Shown: in pieces, positions 33,995-45,443 of the stretch
Numbering within the stretch: position 1 is the stretch's first letter
Layout: the number at the start of each line of letters is the position of its first letter
Assembly (NCBI GenBank): GCA_963845755.1
Contig: CAWJTV010000034.1
Coordinates: forward strand, 608,001 to 672,000
DNA length: 64,000 nucleotides
Direction of reading: 5' to 3'
DNA from: an uncultured Planctomycetota bacterium
Lineage (GTDB): Bacteria; Planctomycetota; Planctomycetia; Isosphaerales; Isosphaeraceae
Translations under genes and position numbers: made by a program
Notes under the pieces: model-generated
Databases searched by the model: none
The model's input: the letters and a program-made list of their open reading frames with translations, nothing else
What the model was told of the DNA's origin: nothing

Positions 33995-34016
33995 AAAAAG
34001 GGGGACATAGCGCTTT
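33995..34016. repeat. Distal GTCCCC-family motif closing the cassette block
   Basis: AAAAAGGGGGACATAGCGCTTT is the reverse complement (21/22) of 28667-28688. Confidence 0.85.
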
Positions 34017-34521
34017 TGCCTTGTTCTTGCCACGGCCGAGTCGCTCGGGGTCACTGCAGGCCATACCGGTGTCGCAAGCCAACCCGGTGCTGCGGGCCAA
34101 GTCATGCTCGCGTACCACGCCGCAGACGCACAACAACTCCGGCCGAAGACCCCACCGTTCTTGAGCGGGCTCACCGCATGCTGCGCCGCTTCTTCCGGCG
34201 CGGATCGGACCCGGGCGATTTCACAGCAGTTGGCCGAGCCGGTCGTGATCCAAAAGACCGTTTTGATTGGCAATCGCCACCGACATCGCGGTGGTTTCTC
34301 ACCCAGCCGAACCGGGAAGCGATCGGTTCGGTGAATGAAGCACATGTTCTATTACGGGGTCGCCATCGGACCAATGGGTCGTCGATTTTTTCAGTCGGTC
34401 GAATCGAATACCCCGCCTGGATCCTGACCGCGAAGAGAACGGGTGTCAGGGACGGTACGGAACCGCTCGCATTTCCCTGCCACTACTCATAAGAATGCAG
34501 GGAGGCGGTCGTTTTATGACT

Positions 34522-35033
34522 TCAATCTTTCGCGGAGTCGCCTTTTTCTTTTTCTGACTGATCCATCCAACTGCGTAGCTTGTCCAGAATGCGCCGCTTT
34601 CGCGGCTGATCCCTGACTGGGTGAGGCAGAGCATCCCGGCGACTTCGATCTCCGTCTTTTCTTCCCAGAACAAGCCTTCGAGGAGGCGGCGTTGCGGATC
34701 GGGCAGCCGCTGAAGGCAGGTTTGCAATGACTCAGACATCTCGATGGACGACAATGCTTCGTCAAGCGCGACATCGCAATGATCGCCGCCCTCCAGGTGG
34801 CATCCGCAATGCCGGGCATAGGCCCATTCGCGCCGGTAGCGACTCAGAGACCGGGTCCAGACGCGCTGCTTGACGAAGGCGTCCAGTGAAACGCCGCGCG
34901 CCGGGTCGAAGTCTCGCTCCGCCTCCCAGGTGGCGGCGATTACCTCCGCCCTCAATTCCTCTGACCAGTCCCTCGGTGACCAGTTCGGCGGCACAGGCCA
35001 CGTGTGAATCGATCTTAGGAATCGGTGAGCCAT
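34522..35033 (-). CDS. Small sigma-70-family RNA polymerase sigma factor (frameshift near 34603)
   Basis: WEAERDFDPARGVSLDAF (region 2); LQRLPDPQRRLL...TEIEVAGML..TQSGISR/RKRRILDKLR (region 4). Confidence 0.75.
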
Positions 35034-35549
35034 CTCCGTCTCCCGATGCTCGTCCACCGTCGGACTGGACCGCTACCGGCGCAACAGACCTCGCATCATG
35101 CCACTCATCGGCCACAGCTTCCGTATGAACCGAGCACGCATCCGTCCGGAGTCGATACAACTCGCGAGGCAAGAGAAGATATTGTTGGGCCCTTTCACGG
35201 CCCGGCGGTCCGGCTCAGAAATAAGCGCCGGCGTCTGTTCGTTAGACCGGGCGACGCTGATCCGTCATGGATTCTTCCCGTCGATGGACGAAGAACCGGC
35301 CGCCCAGACAGGGCGGGAGCGTGACATCAACCGTTCTGACTTGATGTTAAGGGCCAATCCTTGGCCCTGGTCAAGGTCGGGGTATGACGTTGTTCCGGCG
35401 GCGCGAAGCATACCCTTCCTCGAGGCTACGGCTCCCCGCCCCGGGTCAACGCATTCCTACGACGCAGTTCTCCCACGTTGAGTGGAACCGGGATCAAGAT
35501 ACGATGAAAAGCCGGGCCGATCTTCGTCCAGAGGCCGGCTTGATTTGCA

Positions 35550-37090
35550 GCAACCGTTCAGTCCCCAACTCGGCCCAGGAATTGCGGTGCGGGTGAGGCC
35601 GGACCGATGTGCCACGATCGCTCCAACCAGATAATCCAACACCGGGCGGTTCTTCAATCGCAAGGTTTGGACCACCGTCAGCATCCGCTCCACGAAGCGG
35701 CACCCCGCGGCGCTGTGGCAGCCGAAGGCGTTCTTCCGCCACAACACGCCCAGGCGAAGGACTCGTTCGGCATGGTTGTTCGTGGGCTCGACCCCCTCAA
35801 GGGCCGCAAACAGCCACAAGGCGGGATACAAGGCCAACACGTTGGCACAAAAGGTCGCGGCCTTGGAATCCGCGCAGGAGCAACCCTGCTCCAAGGTGCT
35901 CTGGAGTTCGCGCACCATCCGCTCGACACGGGCTTGCAGGCCCGGCCGGTCGAGTTCGCCGCGGCGGAACGCCCACCAGTCGGCAAACAAGCATTCCACG
36001 ACCTCCAGGCCCACCCGTCCGATTGCGTCAGCGGGCCCTCCTCGATCGATCAGCTTCTGAAAGTCGCGCTTGAGGTGAGCCCAACAGATCTGCCGCAATT
36101 CCAGGGGCAGCTTGCTATAAGCCGACCAGCGGTCGCTACAGACGACGCCGGTGATCGCCTCACCCAAGAGGGCCTGAAGGCCCGCAAAACTCCGCCGGAG
36201 GTGGATCACGAAAAAGGCCGCTGTCGCCGTCGCCGCCGTCCACAGCCAGCGCTTCTGGCCTGCTTCACTCCAGCCGGTCTCGTCGGTGTTCTTCACCGCC
36301 GCGTCCCGGACTTCCTTCTGGACCTCTTGATATGCACCGGCCAAGGCGGCACTGGTCTCGGCTTCCAAGGCGATCACGGTCCCCAACGCGATCGGCACCT
36401 CGAAGACGGTCTCGACGATCTCTTCGACGGCTCGACGGCTCAGGTGATGACGTCCGGTGAGGTACGACATGACCGCAGCCAACCGCGGCGCGATGACATG
36501 GGCACGGATCTCGGCGGGGATCTCACCCCGATTGAGATGGCCACAGCCGGGGCAGGTGCGCACGTGTGCTTGGTGCTCGGTGATGATGGCCATCAGCGGG
36601 GGCAACTCGGCGACTTGGTGCCAGGTCGGCTCAGGATCGCCCGGTGCGGGTTGCTCGGGCAAGGGGGCTTGGCATTGGGTGCAGATCGTCGGCACGTAGG
36701 GGACGATCTTCTGAACCCGGTCCGGCGGGAGCCGATGGCGATGCGAGCCGGGATGTCCCGGTTGCCCGCCCGGTTTACGTCCACTGGCGGTCTTGACGAC
36801 CGACTTGGGGGCCCCCGGTGGATCGGCCGAAGGGGGTGAGGAGGAGTTGGAGGAGTGGCGGTTGAGTTGGCAGCGGAGTTCGTGGAGTTCGGCTTGCAAC
36901 TGGGCGATCTGTTGCTGGGCGAGTTCCAGCGCGGCCCAGAGCTTTCCGCATTCCGGACAGGCCGTCCCAGGGGTGGCAGGGAGATCGCTCATACAGTCAT
37001 AACGATTCGGCTGGCGGAAACGATCGCATGAGTTTTGGCGAAGACTCGGCTCCTCGCATCATTCATGCCGTAGGGGGACTGAACGGTTAC
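35550..37090 (-). mobile_element. IS66-family insertion sequence (single-ORF type), 1541 bp
   Basis: IRs GCAACCGTTCAGTCCCC / GGGGACTGAACGGTTAC; 8-bp target duplication GATTTGCA (35542-35549 / 37091-37098). Confidence 0.93.
35558..36992 (-). CDS. IS66-family transposase
   Basis: NSSSPPSADP, GGQPGHPG, TDETGW, SDRWSAY, QICWAHLKRDF, EPTNNHAERVLR. Confidence 0.93.
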
Positions 37091-37502
37091 GATTTGCAAT
37101 TGCCTCGAGCGTTGCGTCGGCGATGCATCAAGCCAAATCTGGACGAGCCTCGCTTCGATCAGACTGGCCGGAGTCATGTTACACGGAGTTATCTCGGTTG
37201 CAAGAATTTTTTGAAGTTTGTGTGAACTTGAAATCCTCAACTCAGTAAGGATTTCAACTCATGCTGGAGTCGGTCTGGGTCGGCAGGAACACGAGAAAGA
37301 ATCTCCGATCGGATGGACGAATTGAGGCGTGACCCTAAACTGTGGTTACCGATTGGGTTCAGCGACCAGCGGTGCATCAAGGCGTCATGGGACTGTTCAG
37401 AAGCAGACTCAACTCGTTTGAGTCATCGGAATTTGAGAGACTCCTCGCTGGACACCACCACGATTTGCCCCGTGGGGGCCAAACAAATCAGCCCGGGGCA
37501 AC

Positions 37503-38491
37503 CAACTTATTCCATTTAGGTCGCAAGTCTTTATGTCAGAACAATTTCCCTCCCAGGATCGTATCTATGTATGGAAGTAGAGACAATCCTCAGAGGAGGG
37601 CAACTATGGAACTGGAACTCTGGCCGCAACTGTATCACCTCGTCATGGCGGTGGGTGGCTCGATCCGCCAGGTCAACGTCTCCTACCAGCCCCACATCTT
37701 GGTCCTGGTCCACCTGTGGGCCGCCCTTCACGATCGACCGGCCTGCTGGGCTTGTGATCCTCGGCACTGGAAGACCACGACGCTCCAGCCGGGTCGTTTG
37801 CCCGCGCCCTCGACTCTGAGCCGACGACTCCGGAGCTTGGCCGTGGGCGTCCTCATGCGGACTTTGGCGACGCGGCTCCGCGATGTAGTCCCCCCGCGGT
37901 TGGTACAGATCCTCGACGGTAAGCCCTTGCCGGTTGGTGGTGCCAGTCACGATCCGGATGCCCGCAATGGCCACGGCGCCGGCAAGATCGCCAAGGGCTA
38001 CAAATTGCACGCCGTCTGGAGCAACCGTCCGATGCCCGAGGTGTGTTCGATCACACCGCTGAATGTCGCCGAGACCAAGGCCGCCGAGCAGTTGCTGCCG
38101 GAATTGGCCGACTGCGGCGGCGGTGGCTACGTGCTGGGCGATGGCGAGTACGACGCCAACCCGGTCTTCGACGCGGCGGGCGCCGCGGGCTACCAGTTGG
38201 TAGCCCCGCGCGAGGACCCCAAGGCCGGACTGGGACACCGCCGCCAAAGCCCGTACCGCCTCCGCTGCATCGAGCTGTTGCAGGGAGATTTCGGGAAGAG
38301 CCTCTACGCGATGCGCGGCGCGATCGAGCGATCCTTCGGCCAGGCGACCTCCTTCGGTGGCGGCCTGGGTCCGCTGCCGGCCTGGGTGCGCCGGTCGTGG
38401 CGGGTGTGGCGTTGGGTCTGGGCCAAACTGCTGATCAATGCTGTGCGGATCGTGAATCGACAAGGACTTACGTTCCAAATGGAATAAGTTG
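37503..38491 (+). mobile_element. Small insertion sequence, 989 bp (IS5/IS982-like DDE)
   Basis: Perfect 15-bp IRs CAACTTATTCCATTT (37503-37517 / 38477-38491); 3-bp target duplication AAC. Confidence 0.9.
37606..38487 (+). CDS. DDE transposase (DDE_Tnp_1-like)
   Basis: PSTLSRR, ILDGKPLPV, GYKLHAV, LGDGEYD, RGAIERSFG; AGGAGG RBS. Confidence 0.88.
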   Translation: MELELWPQLYHLVMAVGGSIRQVNVSYQPHILVLVHLWAALHDRPACWACDPRHWKTTTLQPGRLPAPSTLSRRLRSLAVGVLMRTLATRLRDVVPPRLVQILDGKPLPVGGASHDPDARNGHGAGKIAKGYKLHAVWSNRPMPEVCSITPLNVAETKAAEQLLPELADCGGGGYVLGDGEYDANPVFDAAGAAGYQLVAPREDPKAGLGHRRQSPYRLRCIELLQGDFGKSLYAMRGAIERSFGQATSFGGGLGPLPAWVRRSWRVWRWVWAKLLINAVRIVNRQGLTFQME

Positions 38492-38722
38492 AACGCCCCG
38501 GGAACCGAGGGACCCTCCCTGAATAAGCCCTGAATGGGCGACACAAGGAGGGTCCCCTGACCGGCCGTGTGTCGCCCTTTCAGGGCTTCGCGTGGGGTGG
38601 GCGACTGAGTCTCGGGGCGTTGCCCCGGGCTGGTATGTTTCGGCCCCCCTCCGGGGCAACGATCCGCCCCGAGCGCCGCCCGAGTCCGGTGGTGTTTAGC
38701 GAGGAGTCTCGAATTTGAGGTC

Positions 38723-41700
38723 TCAGCAATGCCATCGCCGCCGGGAGAATGGCGAGGGAGTGTCGGCGGGGGGCTGGACAATCCGGGCGGAGGGATCGGC
38801 CGTATCCCTGATCGCGGAAGACACGACCCTGGGTCTGGCGAACGCCCGAGAATTGAGCCGTATGCGGACTCCGGCCCATCCGGAGATCGGTGGCAACGCC
38901 GTCCGGCCCGAGCGGCGGCCGTGGCGTACCGAGCCGGTCAGCGTGCTTTTCTCAGGAATCGTCCCGATCAGCTCCAGTTGCTGGATGCTGCCAGCCGGAG
39001 CCTGGAACAGCTCCATCAGCCCGCCGCGGGCGAGCTTGAGCGTCACGACGTTGCCACCTCCGTCTGTGTAGGCGATTCGCGTCCCCGCGCCGAAGGTCGC
39101 GACGAACGGCGTACCGATCATTCCATCCGAGCCGGCGAGGAGGTCGCCGTTCGCGTCGGTCAGGCCGTTATTCAGGAGCGCGTTCGCCGCGCCGTCGATC
39201 ACGATTCGGTCGACGTGGTTCATCGGCAGCGGGGAGGCGGGGATCAGCGTGACGGTCAGGTTCGCGGCGATTGTAGACCGCGGAGCGAATCGGTGCGGAG
39301 CCAGCGGCGACACTGCCGAAGGCGCCTCCGCGACCGGCCGCGATAACGAAGGCCCCGTAGTTGGCCACGTTCTGCGCCTGGGACGAATTGAGTGGCGCAT
39401 TGAAGGAGAAGGTGACCGCTGTGATCCCGGCTCGACTGGTCGAGAGCTGCTCGGATGTGACGATCAACGGCTTGTCGATCGTTACGGTCTCGATTCTCGG
39501 GTTTCCCAGGAGGGCGCCGCCGGTGGGAGTGCTCAGGCTCAGCGCGACCGTCGCATCGTACGGATTCCCGCTGTTGCTGGAGATTGGTAGGCTGAACGAT
39601 TCTTGCAAGACGCCGGGCGGGAAGGCCAAGGTGCCCGCGACGGGCGTAAAGTCAACGCCCGGGATCGCACTGGCGGCCGTTGACGCATAGCTCACTCCGA
39701 CCGTTCCGCTCGATCCGCCCGATCGAACGACCGTGATCAACGCGTTACCCGCGGACGGTAGGAGGGTGACCGCAGCAGAGCCGAAGCTCAGCGTCCCGGC
39801 CGAGGCCGTGAGGCTCAGTGTCGCCACAGCCGGAGTACCTAGCGAACCGCCGGTGGGATCGCTCAGTGCGAGATTGACGGTCCATTCGCCGATATGGGTC
39901 AAGCTTCCCGCGAGCGGCACGGAGAAGCTCGCGGTCGTCTGGCCTGGACTGAAGTACAAGGTGCCGATCGCGGCCTTGTACTCGACGCCCGGCACGGCCG
40001 TGCCGCCGCCGGTCGCATAAGCGACCGACGAGCTGCCTGCGGGAGAATTCCGGGTCACGGTGATGAGGGCCGATCCCTCCGACTCGTCGTCCGAATAGGC
40101 TGACGCACTAAACTGGACTTCAATGGCCCGGGTGTCCACGATCGTCAGCACAGCCGTGCTGGGAGTGCCCAGGATCGCCCCGCCGGTCGGGCCGCTCAGC
40201 GTCAGGTCTACCGTCAGGCCGTCGGCTGGCGGAGAATTCGCATCGATCGGGATCGTGAAAGTCTGGACGCTCTGGTTGGGAGAGAATACCAAATTCCCGT
40301 GCGTTGCTGTGTAGTTGACACCTGGCACGGCCGTACCCCCGCCCGTGGCATACGCGACGGAGACCGTCGCGCCGATGTTGCCGGTGCGGGTCACGGAGAT
40401 TGTGGCCGAACTCCTCGACTCGTCAACCGAGACCGCCGCGGAGGCGAACTGGACGACGACCGGCGAGGTGAGCGTATCGTTCGAGAACGCAGACGTGTCG
40501 CCGTTGGACAGGTTCGTGGCGGTGGCCGAGACCGCCAGCCCGCCTGAGAGGGCGCCGGAGATGGTCAGGTTGATGGTCGCATTTCCGTTCGAATCGGTCG
40601 TCAAGACCGTCGAACCGATCAGCGTCTGCCCCTGACCGTGACCGGAAGGGTCGGCCGTGGCATTGCTGAAGAACTGGATCAGGAACGACGCGTCGGGCGC
40701 GGAGGCGAAGCTCGCTTGAATCAGCGTCGTCGTGACCGAGGGGATGCTCGCCGTGAGGACAGGGGCCGTTTGAGCATCGTTGCCTTGCCCACTCAAGATG
40801 ATTCCGAGTTGAGCATTGGAGAAGATGGCGTTGGAGAGCGCCGAGTTCCCCGTGCCCGCGGTGATGCCGATCCCCGAGCCGCCGTTGTAGGCGAGGGTGT
40901 TCGCCGCGCCGGCGTTCGTGCCGCCGATCGTGTTGTTCGAGGCGTTGCCGTCGATCGTCACGCCGTCCCCGGCGTTTCCGATCAGGTCCGAACCACCGGC
41001 GTTCGTGCCGATGAGGTTACCCCACAGGATATTGCCGATGCTGTCCGAGCCGCTGAGATGCACACCGTCGCCATTGCCGGCGATGACGTTCCCTGCCCCG
41101 GTGGCGGTCCCGCCGATGAGGTTGGCGGGGGCATTCAGGATCTCGACGCCGTCGGTGGCGTTGCCCATCGGTGCCGATCCGTCCGATGTCGTGCCGATCC
41201 GGTTGGCCGCGACCAGGTTGCCCGTCGCGGCCGAGCCTTCGAGCACGATCCCCGCGCCATTGTTCGCGACGACGTTCCCCGCGCCCGCAGCGGTGCCGCC
41301 GACGCTGTTGTCGCCGGCGCCGTAGAGGAAGACGCCGTCGAACTTGTTGGCGTTGTCGTCGTTCCCCGAGACCGTGCCGATGAAGTTGCCTTCAACGACG
41401 TTCGAGCTGGGCTCCGCGTTGGGGATCGCCGTCGTGGGGGAGTCGGCGGCGTCGAGCTGGGTGCCAGAGATCGTCACGCCGTTCCGGCCGTTGTCGGCGA
41501 TCGTATTCTGGGCGGCGGACGTGTTCCCGCCCACCAGGTTCCCTGAGGACGCGAGGAACACGCCGTCCCGGTTGGGAATCGGCTCGACCCGGCCGTTGCG
41601 GTTGTTGCAGCCGATCAGGTTTCCCTGGACGATGTTGCCGGTGGCGGCGGTGGTGCCCGTGGCGGTGGGTGTGGGGATGACGACGCCGGGGATCGTGCCG

Positions 41701-44700
41701 TTGACGTAGTTCTCGATCGCAATGCCGTCGCGGGTATTTCCGGCGATGACGTTGCCGGAGTTGGGGACCTGGCCGCCGACGAGGTTGGACGGAGCGTCCT
41801 CGATCAGGATGCCGTCATCGGCATTGGGCCGGGCCGTGGTCCCCAGGATCGGGACGATCAGGCCGGCCAGGCCGACCTGGGTGCCGATCTCGTTGTTGGC
41901 GACGGTATTCCCCTTCGCCGCTGGATCCAGGATATGGACGCCGTTTCCCTGGTTCCCCGAGATCAAGTTCCCCGCCCCGGCGAGTCCCTGGCCGCTCGTC
42001 TGGCCGATGTGGTTGTCCGCCGAGAGCAAGAGGACGCCGTCGCCGCCGTTGTCGAGGATGAAGTTGGTTGCGATTGCGTTGCCCGTCCCCTGCGAGCCGT
42101 AGACGATCACGCCGTCGCCCGTGTTCCCCTGGATCAGGTTGCGATCGGGTGGGCTCGCGCCTCCGATCACGTTGTTCGGGCTGTCCACCAGGATGCCCAC
42201 GCCGTCCGCGTAGGGGTTGTCGGCAGGGTTGACGGGGTTGTACCCCTTCGAGTTGAACTGGGTCACGCCGAGGAAGTTGCCCCAGACCGTATCGCCGAGC
42301 GTGCCGGTGATCGTGGTGCTGCCCGGCTCCAGTACGATCCCCGCGCCTCCGAACCCGGTGATGCTCAGGCCGTCGATCGTGCATCCCGGCGCCGCGACAA
42401 CCAGGCCGTTGGCGTTGGTGTTGCCCGTCTCCGATCCGTCGAGCTGGATGAGGATCGTCGCGATGTCAGTTTCCTGGTCGTTGAAGGCGGCGAACCCCGG
42501 GAGCTGTGACGAGTCGTTGGTCTGCGTGACAGGCTGGCTGTAAGCGTCGATGATCAGCGGGGCCGTGATCGGCGGGAGTGGAGATCGCAGTTCGATCGAT
42601 TGCAAGCCAATCGCCGGAATCGAAAAGGTGATATCATTGGGTGTCGATGCGGTGAGGCTGGGATTGGCGTTGGAATAATCGATCGCGTAGCGAAGGGACC
42701 CGACCGTATCGGCGTCCGTCGTGCTCGTGACGAGGAACGGGTTGATGGCCTCGATGGCTTCGGAGAACTCCGAGGTGTCGCCGGCGTTCAGGCCGGAGGC
42801 GGAAGGCGTCGGAGCCAGGTACGTCGCCGTCGTGGTGATCCAGTCACCCGGCGGGACGACCGTAGGCAGGTCGACGGTAAACGTCCCGTTCACACTACCG
42901 AAGATCTGGCCGGTGGCATCGGTCCTGACTGCCGCTGAGCCGATCCAGATCTGTCCCTCATAGTTTCCCGACGGGTCGGCCGCGGCGTTGCTGAAGAACT
43001 CGATGAGGTACGTCGAGTTCGGCTGGCCGTTGTAGGCGAAGAAGATCGCGGTCGAGTTGAGCGCCGGGTCGGGGAGCGCGGGCTTGGTGGGATCGAAGGT
43101 CGGGGATGGTATCGAATCGTTGGCGGGTCCGCTCAGCGAGATCCCAATCACGCCGTTGGAAAAAATGTCATTCGCGAGGATGGCGTCGCCGGTTCCTGCA
43201 GCGCCGGTGATGGTGTCCTCGGAAACCGACACGCCATCGTCCGTATTGAAGGCGATCGTGTTCCCGTCGCCGGACCCTGTCCCGCCGATGGTGTTATTCG
43301 AGGCACCGCCGCTGAGGAGCACTCCATCGATCTCGTTGCCGAGCACAACTGGCCGGTGACGTCGGTGCCGATGAGATTGCCGAGGATCGCATTATCGACC
43401 GCCGAGGTGCCGTCAATCTGGATGCCCCAGTTGTTGGTGGAGATGACGTTTCGACTGGTGGCGGCTGCGCCGCCGATCGTGTTACCGGACACGTCCTCGA
43501 TCAAGATGCCTTGCTGGGCGTTGGGCAAGGGAAGCGAGCCGGTCTTGTCCGTTCCGATGAAGTTGCCCAAGATCAGGCTGCCCGAAGGGGTCGGTCCCGT
43601 GATCTCGACGCCGACGGTGTTGCCCGAGATGATTTGCGAGCTGCTGGCATCCCCCTGGATTGTGACCCCGCCGGCTCCCTGGATCAGCACCCCCTCGAAG
43701 GCGTTACCGAGGTCAAGCTCGCCCGTTGCGTCGGTGCCGATCAGATTGCCGATCACGGTGATTCCCGCGATCGTCGAGCCCGAGATCAGGACGCCGACCC
43801 GATTGGCCGAGATTACGTTGCCCGGCCCGATCAGCGTCTGCGACGACGTGACGACCACTCCGTCGTCGGAGTTCCCCAGGGCCTGGCTGCCGTCGGAGGT
43901 CACGCCGATCATGTTGTTCGACACGACGTTGCCGGTTGCCGAGCTGCCGCTGATCTCGACGCCGTCGGCCAGGTTGGCTGAGATCGCGTTGCCGGCGCCG
44001 GACGAGCTGCCACCGATGGTGTTGTTCGCGCCGCCGATGATGTCAACCCCGTCTTCGTGGTTTCCGGGCGGTTCGTTGCCGAACACGAAACCGCCGCCAG
44101 GGGCCACGCCGATGAAGTTGCCGGCGACCTGAACCTGGGTCGCGCCCTGATCGAGCTGAACACCGTCCCCGTCGTTCGCCGACACGATGTTCCCCGCCCC
44201 GCTCACTCCGATCAAGTCGCTCGACGACTGGACGAGCACTCCCTCGGCGCCATTCGAGGCCGACCAGTAAACGCCATAATCCGATGGTCCGACCACGCCC
44301 ACCTGGTTGCCCAGCACCTGGCTCCCCACCGATCCGCCCTGAAGCCAGACACCCTCGTCTCCATTCCCCGCGATGACGTTGTCGTCCTGCGTCGAAGCCC
44401 CGCCGAGGGTCGTGTTCTCTCCGTCGATGATGACCCCTTGCAGTGAATTGCCCGGGGTTACGAGCTGTTCCCCGTTGGGAGAAGGCAGCGGCTGGCCCGT
44501 ATTCGGATCAACCGGATAAAGGAGATACGCCCCGATGAAATCCCCCTGGATCGAGTCGCCGACATCGTCGGAATTCGGGACGTCAACCCCCACCCCAAAT
44601 CCGTCGATGATCAGGCCTCGGATCATCGAGTCGGAGGCATCGAGCGTGAAGCCCGTCGCCCCGCCGGTGCCGTTGCCGTCGACGATCACCCGGACCCGGG

Positions 44701-45142
44701 CGTTGTTCCCCTGCGTGGCCTGAACCGTGTTTGTCGTCGAGGTGATCTCGGTCGGCTGGCTCTGATTCGGATAGGTGTATGGAACCCCGACATGCGCCTG
44801 AGAAAACCCATCGATATCCACCGGGGTCGTGATCTTCGGCAGGGCTTCGGTCAGAGCGATCGTCCAATCCTGAGTCGCCGGGTTGAAGTCAACATCGGGA
44901 TCGTTCGTCACGGCCGCGAGATCAAAGAGGATTTGATTCGGTCCTGGATTATCGAGGTTGGACTGGTCGATCGCGTCTCGGAACGATCCGATGCCGCTGT
45001 CGTCGGTCGTGGTGACGTAATAGGTGGTCAGCAGCCGGCGAGATTCCAGGACCTCCAGGCCGAACCTGGGCCGCATGCGACGAGAAGTCGCACGCCATGG
45101 CTTTCGTTCGGTCTTGAGGCGGAGACGACGCGGGAGGAGCAT
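38723..45142 (-). CDS. Giant (~2100 aa) extracellular protein with parallel beta-helix repeats and Calx-beta domains (frameshifts near 43347 and 39265)
   Basis: FGLEVLESRRLLT planctomycete export motif; many GNVISGN/GNLIGTD/NTIGG repeats; three TAVPGVxY...GTLxF Calx-beta units. Confidence 0.88.
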
Positions 45143-45443
45143 GGAAGGGTCGATCCTTGAGTGACTCCGCCCCCGCGCAGGAATGCCCCCTCCCTGACGC
45201 GCCGCGCCGAGCGAGTCGAGTGTCATCCACCAGGGTTCGTCCAACCGGGTCAATCGCTCCGACGAAGGCGAGCGACGCCGAAGGTCATGATTCCCCAAGA
45301 GAACGATAGGACAGGGCGCGATCGAATGAGACGTGGATCGCGAAATTCCCCGGAATGATTGGCGTAAGGTACACTTATTGCCAGGAGAGTGTCGGTTCAC
45401 ACGCGCTCCCTTCGCACGACGATGAGCATCATGAGGTACATCG

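Larger units (their letters stand above)
37467..38658. repeat. Long REPIN-like inverted repeat whose left arm is split by an IS
   Basis: Left arm AGCCCGGGGCAAC|GCCCCGGG...AAGCCCTGAATGGGCGACACA; right arm TGTGTCGCCCTTTCAGGGCTT...CGGGGCGTTGCCCCGGGCT. Confidence 0.8.

Noticed and set aside
27948..34016. Classical integron
   Set aside because: No IntI tyrosine recombinase and no GTTRRRY/RYYYAAC attC pattern; the adjacent enzyme is an HUH transposase
35607..36839. Long antisense ORFs (also 37531..38781, 43356..44132, 54955..56040)
   Set aside because: Shadow frames opposite well-supported genes, expected in high-GC DNA
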